This document shows, one piece after another, positions 1-14,248 of a stretch of DNA of 64,000 nucleotides. Made by a program: the position numbers and the translations under genes. Position 1 is the first letter of the stretch; each line of letters opens with the position of its first letter. The stretch is from contig NC_068982.1 of assembly GCF_001194135.2 (NCBI RefSeq), forward strand, positions 164,407,413 through 164,471,412, read 5' to 3'. This stretch comes from Octopus bimaculoides. Its lineage: Eukaryota. The notes under the pieces were generated by a model, which was given only the letters and a program-made list of their open reading frames with translations, ran no database searches and was not told the origin of the DNA.

Positions 1-329
1 TTTTCTTTCTTGTCCAAGTATTAACAATGAGTGTATAAAATCATGTAACACCATATGGTTGTATGGCAGCGATATGAAAATGCATTTGCATTAAAGTAGT
101 AAAGACGAATTGATGGAGATCAAAGCATTATGTAAAACTTGTCCGCTGCTTTTCAATCAATGCATCCTTGGAAATGCTATTTCATATACTTATGGTGACT
201 ATATGAGCACCAGCAAGACTTCATGCTGATAGTATTATGCCTAGAACTCGATTGCCCAGCCGCAACTGTCGATTGCTGCTTGTTCCTGCTAGAGAATTGT
301 TTCGATATCATGTCATCTCTAGGCATCAC

Positions 330-1235
330 GCGGGAATGGCAAAGTTATTTTCGAGTGATTTCCGTCAGATCCTGCCAGTAGTTTCAAAAGTTGATAAAAT
401 CCATTTCTGTTTGTTGTAAATCGCAACCATTATCCCTTTGTGTAAAATGTGGTTTCTTCAATCTGTCAATAAACATGAAAGTAAAACAATTTCGAACCTT
501 TCTGGCAATAATTGGTTTCAATTTAAAGTGGAAACAGTTCTTTTCACAGTAACAGCGCTATGAGCCCAGTTTCTTTAAGCGACGTGGTTAGGAAAACAGA
601 GAAATTCAAATTAAAAATGTTTCTCAACCGGCAAAAGAATTTACTTAAACGAGGGTAACTGAGCGCAAACAACGTGTGGTCAACAACGTCAACTTGCACG
701 TGTTGCAGGCATTTTCAGGAAATACTTTAACCTAAAATATTTTAGACGTTCTTGTGGATGAGGATGAAAAAAATCCATTACATTGCGGAATTTAAAAATC
801 AATCGAGCATCTCATATCAATTGTAGAACATTTCAGCTAACAAAAGGACCGGTAATAATACTAATCTACAATTTAGATCAGCTGCAACTATGTAACGACT
901 CAAGATAAATGATTAAGAATCTAATGTCACATTTCATGCAGGTCACCGAACTTACCAATCTCATTGGATGTACCAAACATGAGAATGTAATTATAACTAA
1001 AATTTCAGTCAGACCGCGAAATGTACCCTTCTGATATAGATATTTCATTTCCTAGAACATCTAGGCATACTATGCCAACCAATAAATTCCAAGTGAAATC
1101 ATTGACATTTGCTAGATTCCAACATGGGAAATTTTGCTTCGTTAACAACCTATTTAACTACGATGCTCAAGAGCTGGAAACGTACTCCATAATCTTATTT
1201 ATGCTTTTGTTGTTAAAAATTTGTTATACTGTGAC
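330..1235 (+). mobile_element. Degenerate Helitron RepHel Pif1-family helicase C-terminal region (relic with stops and frameshifts)
   Basis: Manual translation across frames gives, in the expected order: LFSSDFRQILPVV (cf. GDFRQILPV), NLSINMKV (cf. LTTNMRV), FRTFLAIIG, VNNVNLHVL..ILDVLVDEDE, GPVIILIYNLDQLQLCNDSR (cf. GSPIILLRNL..LCNGTR), NVIITKI..NVPF, MPTNKFQVKSL (cf. MTINKSQGQSL), CSRAG. Weaker similarity may extend upstream to ~60. Confidence 0.8.
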
Positions 1236-4200
1236 AAGCTGTGACATTACAATATTCAGAATTCCGAACGCTATGATGGCCTACTAATTTTGTATACATA
1301 AGATGGAACTCATTGTAACGGCTAATGTCACTTCTTTACCGTTGCATATATATTGCAATTTCATTATTTGGATATGTAAATTTCTTCTAGCTATTCTAGC
1401 TTCCAAAATCTGTAAAATAATGTATTCCCAGTGGTAGTTTGCTTCTCAATAATCTGGTTTGTAGGGGTATTTCGACTCACTTTTATTATTTTCAATAATA
1501 ATTTCTCATTTTCGCAATCTTGTATTTCTACTTAATTTGGTTGAATAAGATATATGTTATTTACACAATTAAATTACGAACTATACAATTAATATTCAGT
1601 GCGGTCTGTATTATAAGGCATTAGAAACTGAACAGCTATAAACCTGTTTAAAAACACTCTCATTAAACAGAATATACCTTCATTAAAAACAATTCATAGT
1701 TACATTTGAAACTTGGAAAAGCCGGGTATTCAAATTGCATATGCACATGTACATACATATATTGGTAGGAATCACGTCATAGTGCTATCGACAACTGAAG
1801 CCTATTTATTGTATGGCAAGTGACTTCAGAAGAAACGATATTTATCTAAGGATAGATTTATCCGATTAGATGCTACAGCCTATAACTTCGAAGTTAAAAG
1901 GAAGTTGGAACTATCATGCATTTTGCAATGCCAATCATAACAAGAGTAGGTAAATTAAAAGGATTTTCATCTGAAAATTAAAACCGCGCTGATATACGTT
2001 ATTCAAGAGCTTACTCATTGAACAACGTTTAAGAATGTTACTTTTGTAAACTATTCATTCCAGCATGGACAAACAGCATTGGGGATATTTAGAGACGTGC
2101 TATAGTTGATGTATCGATTCCTAGAGAGACCTAGAGTTTACACTTTTAGATTCTGGAGAAATTGAATAGCTAGAAATAATCTAATGAGATTTAGACTAGA
2201 GAAAGTGAGCGGAACACATTTTAAAGCAATTAAATCAGCTTTTCTACAGTTTATCTCTCAATCAGAATGTAGTTTTTATTTTGTAATTTAGTGATATTCA
2301 CCATTTTACTATATTTAGTGTACTTAAAGGCGGATAGGAATTATTTAAAAATATTTAACTGATCACTATCACTGACTATTTCAATCAGTTAACATATTCC
2401 CGTCAGACTTTTAAAGATACTTGGATTACATTATAGTGAAATGTGGCCTAGAGTTTTAGTACATTACAAGTACAAACAATAACATAGTATTAATTTTACT
2501 CAACTTCCAAAGCAACTATACGTTAAATATAATCTAGCACGAGATTGTCTTTTCTATATATATTATTGTTACATAATGAGTAACATGCAATTGTAGAAAG
2601 CATCGCTTGACCCCCTACTTCGTGCTGTATCTTATGACCAAGCATGTCACGCGGTCAGCGTAACTGACAGCTAATTATTTATGTAGTATAAATAGAGTAG
2701 GTGAAATTATTGGAATAATTCAGAAAGGCATTTAAGACCTGCAAACTGTCGATTAGCTGTAAATAGTACGGTAGAATTTGCAGTGGTAATTTAATATTAT
2801 AATTTATACAATATCTTTCACACAACAAAGCTATAGTTTGAATGCAACTATATATAGTATAATCTGGATTTCGGGATGTCAAATTTGTTTTTGCAAAAAT
2901 TATCGATGGATGCAGTGATAATATATGAAGCATAAAGTCACTCGTTGCGACACTGTAGAGCTACGTTTGGTCACTATGCAGGGAAAGACATTTGAAAATA
3001 TAATGGATCTAATTGTTCGGAAATGTTTCAAACACTTTGCAAAAACTGAAGGTAAGAGCGAGAGGTCAGTGGTTTCAAGGTCAAATAATTTTGTTCAACA
3101 GAGATAAAAAAATATAAAACAAATGTTCGTTTCTAATAATTGGGATAAAATCCAGTTATGATAGATGTGTAAAAAGTAATTTTGGAAAGAATAAGAGTTA
3201 ACTGTAGAGTACAGAGCATCAATGGAAATTGCTGACACATTTAATCGTGTTGGGCTGACCAAATCAGTCGACAGGATGGTATACAATCGAAACCGGTTGC
3301 ATTGTAACATTGCAGGACTGCAGTGCGTTCTTTCTACATTTCCTCTGCAGACAGATTTGAAGGGATTATTTATTACCTGATATTCACATATTTCACAATG
3401 ACATTAGAAATATCAGTAAAATTGTCTTCTTTTCTTTCCTTTGGCAGGCTCTGTGAAGCATCGTATTTTCTTGATTCTGAACTGATGTCGAATAGGGCAA
3501 AGTTGGCTGTAACGCGATGTGAGTGAAAGTATGTGACGAACTGGACTGCAGAACAACCTTTCGTCTTCTTACTTTATTCACTTTTCAACTAAATTGCACT
3601 TACATAACTGTATATATTGATTTCCTACGCATTTTCTATTGATATTTTTACATATCCCGCTTTAAATATTGAAAGATAAAAGAAACAGGCAGAACTGTTT
3701 CTGAAGTAAATAAACAACTTTATTGAACCACAGCTGTGAACATATGTGTAGCGAAAGTCACCCTGGGGACATGTTAAGCGGACTGAAAGATAATCTGAAA
3801 AGACTATTTTGTCAAACATAGTAGTACGTTTCTCAGAGATAAAGTAAAATTCTTTCTAAACGTTCCCTGTCTATTTACTGTATAAAGAGATAATACGATA
3901 GATGGTGGAATGTGTTGTTTAGTGAATGGAAGATAGGAGACAACTGATGAATGATTCCATCATTGATAGCAAAGATTGAAAAATTAGGAAGAAAAAGCTG
4001 TTGAATCATTTTAGTCTGTCGACAATGATCGTCAATGTGATTTGAAGGCAAAATAATCACAATGTTCGTTGTTTTTGACTAATGTTTACTTCCTATTTTT
4101 TTTTTATTCAATGTTATAGAAAAAGAAAAGAAATATTCTATGCAAGTGGAAACATTGCCAAAACAGATCAGAGATATTTACATGAATATTGTCTCCATCT

Positions 4201-5454
4201 ATTTTAGCAGACTGTAAGTTCTAATAGAGTTGGCATACTAAAATTCATACTAGCATTTAGATCGAAACCTTACACACACACAAATACACACGCGCACGCG
4301 TGTGTGTGATTTTTCTTTTAGTTAAAAAATAACGTACCAGTCTTTTACAGTAGACAAGCGAATAATGGAAAATTTAAAGCGCCAAACATTTGTTCTGTCT
4401 TTCGTCTTGCAGTCAAATCTCGTTCAGGCCTACTTGGCTGGCAGAATTAATCCGTCACCTGGTTAACTTAGTTCTCTTCTGCAAGCATCGAACTACGTGT
4501 AAGGATGTAAAAGAACTTGTAAAAGGCCATTGATGTAACCTTTTCTCTTAATGCTCTCTAACACTCTCTTTTAAGCCACAGGCGGAGAAAATTACCTTCG
4601 TTGAAACATTAGTACATGGCAGAAACACTAGTATATTGAGAATCCCTAATACATAGAACAAAACGGATTAATTTCATGATGTAGTTATGGTGCAACATAA
4701 TACATGTATTTAGGATAGGAATATATATTTGGCAGAACCAGTTTCACTATTTTATAGCCATAATCTGAAAGATAAGAATTGATGCGCTTATTGCCGTTTG
4801 CCTTTTCAGGACAGCAATAACTTGTGGTGGTCTTCGAATTTGGATAAATACCTTTTACAAAAAATCACAAGACCATTTACATTTTATGTCTTCGTTGAGA
4901 TTGTACAATAATTCAATAGCATACGAAATCGACGCTTCAGCCAAATATCATGAAACAGCATAAGAGTCAGTAAAGCAGCTTCTACATGGTTGTTCGACCG
5001 GTGGCTAGAAATAGAAATTAAAAATTTATTGCATTACACCTTACTATCTTTAAAAGAAATGCAGTTTAGATAATATTATCTGAAATAATATAAGATGGTC
5101 TCAGACAGAAGATATTTGATCTTAGATCAATGCACGATCAGGATATACAACAGCAACAATAATAAAAATAAATGTGCACAAGAGTAAACGTTCAAACGTC
5201 TAATTTTACATGGGTAAACCTCATAAATAACACGCATGTCTTATTATCAATTCAAGGGTCATGCTTATAGCCTTAAAAATACGCTCCTATTTGTATAGAA
5301 AGCATTTCATGAAAGGGATGTTGAAGATAGATATTCAAAACGTTGAGTTTGCATATGCTAGACTGAAGTATGGTCTAATTTCTTCATTGTAATATGGAAG
5401 GTATACTGTAAAACTCCGAGCTTATAGGTGGTGTGAAGTGGAATATGAGATCAT

Positions 5455-5565
5455 GATGATAACTAAATCGATGACCGGCGATGATAATCGCGGAGATGTG
5501 GAGGAGGAAGAGGAGGAGGAAGAAGATGAAGAAGGAGAAGAGGATAAAGAAGTAAAGAAGTGGCT
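5455..5565. repeat. GA-rich degenerate trinucleotide low-complexity tract
   Basis: GAT/GAG/GAA runs; explains the poly-Glu ORF 5438-5677. Confidence 0.6.
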
Positions 5566-8439
5566 GTTTATGATATTGCTGTTACTGATGAGTTCTTTTA
5601 TATTTGTTATGTTTTATATTCTAGATTATGATGTTTTCAGGTATACTGAAATACACACTGAAAATACAACAAAGTGATTAAAATGTTTAAATTATTGATC
5701 TTTGTATTGCAGATATAATTTGGTGCTTGTTTACGATTTTTCTAACCTCAAGCTATAGAAATATATGTGCAATTAGCTTCATAAAGCAGATTGTTAAAAT
5801 TCTAAAGAATATAAACTGTAATAACCGAATCAAAAGTGAGACGATGTTTCGACAGTGTAAAATATTGCTCTAGAACATCATCGCGAGATCTTTGTTTTTA
5901 TATTGAATCTGAAAAAATTTCGTATGCTATTGAATGGAATAGACTGCGGTATACATCAACCAATACAATCATTTCTAGCTTATTGCGGAAAAATTCTTGG
6001 ATCAAATCCACTCCAATGAAATCTCTTATACCAATTCTATATACTGCTTTTATATGATGTAAACAAACTTATTATTAGTAAAGAAATAAATAAAAAAATT
6101 AAAAAAAGACACTTCACGAATTAACTAACAGCTGAATGGAAAACCAGTGTGTAACTTGAATTTGATATATAGCATGAAGTTGGAATTTTCGGTCAACTCT
6201 TATCGAATCTAAAGTTTACAAGATTTTATCAGTGCTTTTTTTTTATATATATATTTAACCGTGTTAAAAAGCTGTGTTCTGACCGAAATAACTTAAAACT
6301 TAAATTAGAGTAATTCGCAATATAGATAACCGTTATTCTGGTGGTGTGATAAAACAATACAAGAGTCGAATGATAAATGAGTGTATAATGTTTATTTTAA
6401 CAAAATGATTGCCACGGATGCATTTCAAATCGCATATCTGTTATTTAGATTAGGAATACTCAAATTGGAATTACTTTATTAGAAAATAGAAAATGGGTAT
6501 CTGAATATACATTCATTAAATATTTTTAAATTAATGTCAATCCATAATGAGCTTTATGTTACACAGTAAGGCGTGTCTTTCTGAATACTTGTGAAATTTA
6601 TAGCAATTTTGTTAATTGAAATTTATCTCAAGTTTACAATATATAAGACTACGAGGAAATTACTGAAGACAGGATCCCTACTATTAGCAGTAAGCAATGA
6701 ATAATGTCTTCCAACTGTAGTATGGAAATGAATAACATAATCTTCAAGTTTGCTAGTAAATCTTTGCAGTCACTTAATGGCATACGCTACTGATAAGAAG
6801 CTTTAAGTTGCAATGCAATAAATTACGTTGTTACACCCCAAATGCATACCATCTACCTCTACTGTTATAAAGAGTGTATTCTGGTAGAATATTTAATGCA
6901 AATATGATTAACAATTAAAAGCAGTGGCTTTCTGCTTTGCTCTAAAGAAATCAATATACGTTTGTTGCTGAAGTATTGAGTTTCGCTCAACTATAAAATT
7001 AGACTTATTGCTTGCCAACCCTTGTCAGGCAGTCGGAATAAAATTGGATTTCACCCAGACCGTAGATGGTTGAGAAAACAGTGTTATTGTGCTGCAACAT
7101 TAACTCTGATGCTTTATAGTTTTAAAAGCCTTATTTTGGAATTTATGATCTGTTTATGAACACAGGTCAGAATGAGCAACAATCTGACTCCTAGAAACTT
7201 TTGTTTTGCTATTTTTGGTATAAATACATGTAATATCCGTCTCTTTATCTTAACTATTCTGATCTTCGATTGTATCCTGTTTCCGTTATTTCTTTTTTTC
7301 ATGTTGCAGCCTGTAATTCCAATAGTAATTGATTTACCATTCCTCATCTTTAGAAGAAAAGAATTAAACGAAATAAGGAATAAAGATCTCTATTATATGC
7401 CGCCAATGGCTTACGACACATAATCATGAAAAAGCGTAACGCTTTGATGGATAAAGTAAAATAATCCTGCACAGCTGTGAAAAATTAAAGGTTAGAGTTG
7501 GCCAGAGAGCCTGATGATGGCATTACTATTCACATGATTTTATTTCTATAATTATTATCACAGTTGAGAAAAATACTCGATTTAATCAGACAGAATATTT
7601 AAAAGGTTGAATGTTTGTTCACTGGAAGAATCTTGGGTCACTAGTTTTGGCGATTATACAGAATAGCGAATGATATATGTACACGTGTATCTGTGTGTTC
7701 ATGTACATCTATACACATGTTGGTATGAGGGTGTACGCTTGTATGACTGTTTAACTATAGTGTGTACAGGTGTGCATGATTATTAATACGGGCGAAATCG
7801 ATTGATCAATGCTCGAAATATTAACTATTAAATAAAAGTTTTAGCCATCATAACGCTGTATAATACACTATGTGGGTACAGATATAAACATATATCTTAG
7901 ATTTCTCTGCGTGATGAGAAAACACAGAATTGGCCTTACCGGTTTGAAATCAGATGGAATCTCTTCAAAGAACATGTACCTACTTCATTTGATTCTGGAC
8001 AGAGATATAACTTATAGCTTTAAATAGTTAATATTTCTTTGAACGTCTTGAAATTGGTTCGATTTTTGCATCATGGTACTTTCGTTGGTAACGTATTCAA
8101 TTCATTAATTAGGCACTAAAAAACCTTTGCTGGATAATTAGAAAGATTAACTATACATTTTATGATAGATTACCTTGAGGTCAAGTGCAATTAAATGTAG
8201 CAGATAACGAAATATTCAACCTTAACAATTCTTACACAACATTCCCTAGCCATAGACTATTTGTTCCCTCCTAATGTACCTCTAACTTGGTTATGCAATA
8301 GTAATATACCAGATATGAATTAATCGTGACAAAGTAGAAAAAGAAAACAACATTTATGTGAAATTACTTTCTGAAGTCACAGACTGCCTTGAGAAATGTT
8401 AACTTTCAATTATCCAGTTCTCTTAACCTTTGCTTTCAG

Positions 8440-8615
8440 CTAATATTGATTGTCAGTATTGTCACTGTAGCAGAAGTATCTGCAACTCTATAACGCCTCT
8501 TAGGTGTTTCGAAACAGAAAAAGGAAAACGGAAATTAATTTATACTGGTTTCTTCTTTTACAAAGATAAAATTAATAATGGTAAGACATTATTGTGCCGG
8601 TATGAACGTTCTTAG
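8440..8615 (+). other. Candidate exon or Mutator-type relic encoding a FLYWCH-like peptide
   Basis: Acceptor ttctcttaacctttgctttcag ends at 8439 and donor G|GTAAGA lies at 8580/8581. One frame is open: ..FETEKGKRKLIYTGFFFYKDKINNGKT, resembling the FLYWCH N-terminal pattern (T.KG...L.Y.GF.Y.KDK....TYWRC). Confidence 0.35.
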
Positions 8616-11600
8616 AATTGAATTTGTGAAATTAGAAATTACAGTTGTTTTATATTTCAGTTTAGCATTAAATTTGTTTTAAATTGAAGTCTAATTTAAT
8701 AATTTATCCAACTTTATTTTGCCGCTATGAATTGTTGAGAACTTATGGTATATAACTCTGAAGTGTTTGTCTGTGGATTACTGGAGATGAATAGCGACGG
8801 GGAACAAGCGGGATAAATTAAACTACACGCGGGGGAATGTAACCAAAAGCTCTTTACTAGTTTCAACTGAATCTTCTCAAAAATTCCGTACCAAATTTAT
8901 CTGTACACACCAGGAAATATAAATTATAGCTACTTCTATTCACTGTATATTGTGATCTAGCTAAACCTGTTTGTATGATTTGCATTGCAGTAATTTAGTT
9001 GGCAACAAAGTAAATAAATTAATTTATAGCCTTCGCATATATCCACTTGCTCATATTATCGTTAATACACTAAAGCGTGTAATTTAAATAAACTGAAACG
9101 TAAAGTAAGATATGTCTTCGGACAAACAATATATATTTTAACCATCGTTGAGATGTATAACAGAAGGTGTGTGGTCATATGTGCACAGATGTGGGTTTGT
9201 CTCTCACTGGACAAGGTGGGGGGAACAAAAGAACGGTTGTTCTAATCAGTTTCCATTATACTTGGAATTTCATCAGCGATCACGTACACTCTACTTTTCC
9301 CTATGATGAGAACTATAAGTTATGGCTATTCATAGGCAATATGTATATCTAGACTTCGCCAAGCCTAATTCAATTCTGTTATTAGTACTATCTTGGGCAA
9401 TGGTTTCAATTTATCACTTGATGTTGAAATAGTGTATATTTTTTCATTAACGAACTGCACAAAATACGTTGGTTTACATTTTACCTCATATATTCCTCTA
9501 TACTTCACAAGGACGGCTGAAACTATATTGTTTATTAGGAAGTATTTCATACTTAACATTTCAAGTTATCGGACATATCTGATTACTCATAATGTGATTT
9601 GTTCCCTAGGAAAGCACTATTATGCAATTTGGAGTATCTGTTTTAGAAAAGTTTTTAAATGGAGTGAACATAAAATAACTATAAACTCTACTCATATTCG
9701 ATTAAACATCACAATGTTGGGATAAAACATGCATTGTTTATCATAAGATATACCTTACATTTTAGACGATACAGTATAAAAATATATCATGTCACACGGA
9801 GCGAGGTTTGGTGGGAGAGTTTCACATTTGAACTTCTGTTTATATCCTGAGATGTTGTTGCAGCTACTTGATATAAGAAAAAGTAAATGTAGTAAATACG
9901 GGATTCATATGACTACTTGCCCGTAATAAAGTATTTTGAGCGTGTCGATTGTGGTTTATAAAATAGGGGATGGGGATGTAATTTAATAACTCCTTAAACA
10001 TGAAATCAAGAAACTTAATTTAGTAATGACTCATTAGATATTACCGAAACATAGCCTAGGTTAATTTCTCGGTATCTTAATTTACATCAATTTGTTCTTT
10101 TCCTTTGTTTTATATTTTGAGAAGAGCCTTGTTTCAGAGGTAGAAAGAAATTTGAATGCATGACCTCGTTTTGATTGTCATCATCTAAATTGAGCTACTT
10201 GATTGACACTGCCAGGAAATGTACAGTTGACTATATTTCATTGGAAGTAATGTTAAATATATTGGAATTTTGTGATTGGTATATGAAAAAACAGGCGGGT
10301 CGAAACCTAGCTGACTATTAATAAGATTTGGAAAGAAATTGGAAACAAAAGTTCCCTTTTTCTCAGCGTCCCTAGAATTCATAAAGTCTTAGGAAAGAAT
10401 GACAACAAATATTAATGTTAAAATTTTGAATAGAAAATATAAAAATTTATATCTGATATATAAAACTCTGACGTGTCAACTATCAGGAGAATTTCAGTTT
10501 TAGAAATGCTAGAATCACTCTAGTAGTCGGAATACAGCAGAGAATATGGAAGCCTTTTCTGAAAATTGTCAAAAACATTTACAGGAAAAATAAAATATTT
10601 TGTGAAATAAATGATGTATTCTGTGTGTAACTAACCACAGTAATTTATTTTAGCTAATATTAAATTCTAAATATGCTACAACACCACGCTTTGCGTATCG
10701 TTACAGTTTGTTGAAATCCATCTTTGTAGTTTAATGATACTAATTTTAATACAAAGTATTAAACTCAATGTTTATTCCCATATAACTTTAGAAACTATAT
10801 ATCGATTGTCTCATGAGAACCAGGTATTGCGCAAGAATCCATATCACACTTCACAATTGCAGAGGAATACCAAATATCGTGCACCTACAGTATAGTTACT
10901 GTCAGAATATAGAGTTGCACGGAATCACACTCGATAGTGCGTACATCTCCAGGTACTTACGAGCAAGAGTTGGAGTCATCGGTCACCCCAGAATCCACTA
11001 ATATCTATAAAAAAAGCAACATCCACGATCTCGAGGGATAGCCACAACAATATTTCATCAGTTTGGAACGAGTAGGAGAAATTTGTTGTTTCGATTATGA
11101 AGTCACTTTGCAGATTAAAAGAACATTTACTCACTATAATTTTATGGCTGCGATTGCTGCTCAAAAAAATAGCCAGTGAGTTGGTTTATTTCTTTTGTAT
11201 ATTTTTGCTTAGTTGTGGGTGTGGTATATCTGCAGATTACGTGAGAAGTAAAGTCATTTCTGTTCTTTGTAATTTTTCCTGATTTCCATGCTAGATTAAA
11301 TGCCAGAAATTGCTCGTGTAATCTATGGTGGATCTAATACATTGTTTTTCGCTAATATACTTGGTTATTTTATGATGATCAAATGCAGTAATTTTGACAG
11401 TCAAAGAAACTTTAAAAATATTTGATATATAGTGGAAATAGATGTGTTATGCCTCAGTCAGGCAATCAATAAGCAGTGTAGTTAGAGTTATGACAGACAG
11501 AAATAAAGTATCCTTTGTTATTATCATCGAGGAATGGCATCTCTAGGTCACTTACAACACAGTTCTTATCTGTAAATAAAAACATAGATAAGAGGAATAG

Positions 11601-12145
11601 AGAAAAAGTAAAATCGGGGAGAGAATATTAGGGATCCTCTGAACTTCAAGTTTATTAGTTGGATATCTAAAGAACACAAAAGTAAAATAAAATAATACTA
11701 GTTTGATTCTATTAACAAACATTAGAAGTTCAAAGACAAAGCAGAAAAAGGGAACTACAAAGCATTAATGAACTATTAACTGAGAAAAATTAATGTTTTC
11801 AGCATTTTAATGGTAGCAGTTTTTACATTCTCATCTGTGGGGCAAACTAACTTCAAAATAGTTTGTGCATATTAAATTATGTTCTATAAGTCATAAAGTG
11901 AGAGAGGGGAGAGAGGAGGAGGAGGAGGAGAGTGAACGAGAGAGAGAGAGAAAAACAGGCAGACATGCAGAGAGAAAGACACGAAAAAGGGTACATATTA
12001 AGAGTGACACTAATGCATATTATGAAATTTAATCTAAATTGCATTGGTATACTGCTATAGCACTAATTTCAAAGTAGGTAAATTCTGTTTGAAATTCTAG
12101 ACGCAATGAGCAAAGAGGATATGAGCAAGCATTACGAGGATTATA

Positions 12146-12386
12146 TGCATACATCATACATACATACATACATACCTATATGTATACATACATGCATACA
12201 TACATACATACATATATACATACATACATGTATACATGCATACATACATACGTACGTATGTACTTACGTACATACATACGTACGTAAGTACTTACATATA
12301 CATGCATTCATACATTTACATATGCATAAGTACATACATACCTTTCTCTCACATTTTCCCTCTATCTTTCTATGTATCCATCTATG

Positions 12387-12435
<49 letters not shown>
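12146..12435. repeat. Compound (TACA)n/(TA)n/(TG)n microsatellite
   Basis: Direct inspection. Confidence 0.95.
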
Positions 12436-12838
12436 ACGCGTGCGTGTGAAGAAATATACATTTCATTAGCTCTGAAATAATTTCGAGGTTATAGTCCCTT
12501 GACAGAATATGCGACTCTATGGAGTTATGTCGTATTCATATTCCGTGCAGTCACTACCACATATGGGTTCTCATTTAGACCGACTGTTTAAATTTTAATC
12601 TTAAACTAATTGAACAATCTGAATCATAGGTGGCTTCTTTTCGCCTCGTAACTAATGCATTTATAAATAGTTGGTCAATAAGGTCATGTGTCATGTGTGT
12701 TTTGCACTGCATCGGACCGAGTTCTAAAGAACTGTTCTTTGCTTCTTGAACTGAAATGTTTCCTTTCAGTTTTAGAATTGAATTATTTTTTCAAGGTAAA
12801 AATCACGTGTATGTATGGATGTGAGAATTTGTGTGCAA

Positions 12839-12944
<106 letters not shown>

Positions 12945-14206
12945 GAGTGTGTGTATGCGTGCATGTGTGGATCTGTATCTGTCGATGTGCTGTGATCACT
13001 TCATTACTGAGAATTATAGCACTATGACTCTTCTGGTGAAAAGAATATCACACTTGTCATATTATTAACGAAACTAGGGCTATGAGCTCTATAAATTGAA
13101 TGAGTTTTCCCGGTTGTCTCTAATGAAATATACAAAATAACTGTAGATAACTTTTCATAATCTTCTATAAAATGTATGACATCGCAGAGCATAAATAATA
13201 ACACATTTATTTAGAGAAAGTACAGTTCAAGTTTATGTTGGCGTTTTACTTTTGCGAATATACTGCACGAAGAAATAAATGGAGGACGATGGACACATAT
13301 ACTCAGTTGAATTTCAATAAACAATATTTTATACTAAATATTGAAAACCTCAATAGGATAGCAACAATAAATTTACTGAAAAAAAATATATATAAACTAA
13401 TAAGATATACCAGATGCATATACTTGAATGTACAAGCAGATGAATGTTGAAAAGAACAAAATCTAGATCAAGTGAGAAAGCCAAAAATCAGAAAACTTCA
13501 GAGAAATGAAAACAGAAAAAAAAAAACTGTAAAAGAAATAGGGAAAGAAAAGGGATATGTGTTACGTTCTGATATATTTTGTTGTACTGGTTATGAGTCA
13601 GATTAGATTAATATTTGAATATTTTTATAGTAGTACTGACACTGAATACAAAATTACGAATATTTCCGAAAAATTCTTCCCCCTCTTCTAGCTATAAAAT
13701 CAAAATAGTATGGCGAAGAGCAAATCGCATTACAATATTTGACAGTGTCCTTTCAATAATATAATTAGGGAGTTCTTCCAAAGTGAAAAGATGACTGCAA
13801 ATATCATTAGGCCTAAAATATTTTGAGAATGTGCTTTTTGTACGGCGATGACAGTGGAGAAAAAATGAGTTCATGACAAATTTCTAACATCTGTGATTCA
13901 AAGCATGGTTGTTAGAAGTTTTGTAATTCTTTCCTCTGCCAAAAACTCACTTAAATCCGGGAGACTGAATTAATGCTGCAGATCACATATTATTTCAGAT
14001 GACAGTAAAATCAAATATAATTGCAACGAATATTTATTTTAGTTCAAAACATGTGATTTGAAGATGCTTTTGAAGATGGCCATAATATGTTTATAAATCT
14101 ATTGAATGGCAATTATAGAATCGAATTTGATTACATTTCAACTCTAAATAATTTAAAATGAAATAACACTTATCATTTAAAATAATATTATATATATAAT
14201 AATATG

Positions 14207-14246
<40 letters not shown>

Positions 14247-14248
<2 letters not shown>

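Noticed and set aside
2925-3051. ATG-initiated frame ending at a strong AAG|GTAAGA donor, phase-compatible with the 8440 candidate exon
   Set aside because: The joined peptide resembles no family I know; chance splice-site pairs are common in AT-rich DNA.
5438-5677. ORF with poly-Glu and a hydrophobic stretch
   Set aside because: Produced by a GA-rich trinucleotide tract and T-rich flank; no splice or homology support.
5836-5890. Hammerhead-like GATGA..CGAAAC on the minus strand (similar loose motifs near 9250 and 22060)
   Set aside because: The core boxes are non-canonical and no stem I/III with a valid NUH site can be drawn.
7172-7423. Hydrophobic ORF containing a strong acceptor at 7309
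   Set aside because: The hydrophobicity reflects T-rich composition; the downstream frame stops after 37 codons with no recognisable motif.
10190-10320. + strand peptide DYISLEVMLNILEFC, faintly BTB-like
   Set aside because: Too short, no splice sites, no neighbouring BTB motifs.
10976-11164. Minus ORF ending DVAFFIDISG, like a vWA first strand
   Set aside because: A stop follows within a few codons and the DxSxS motif is incomplete.
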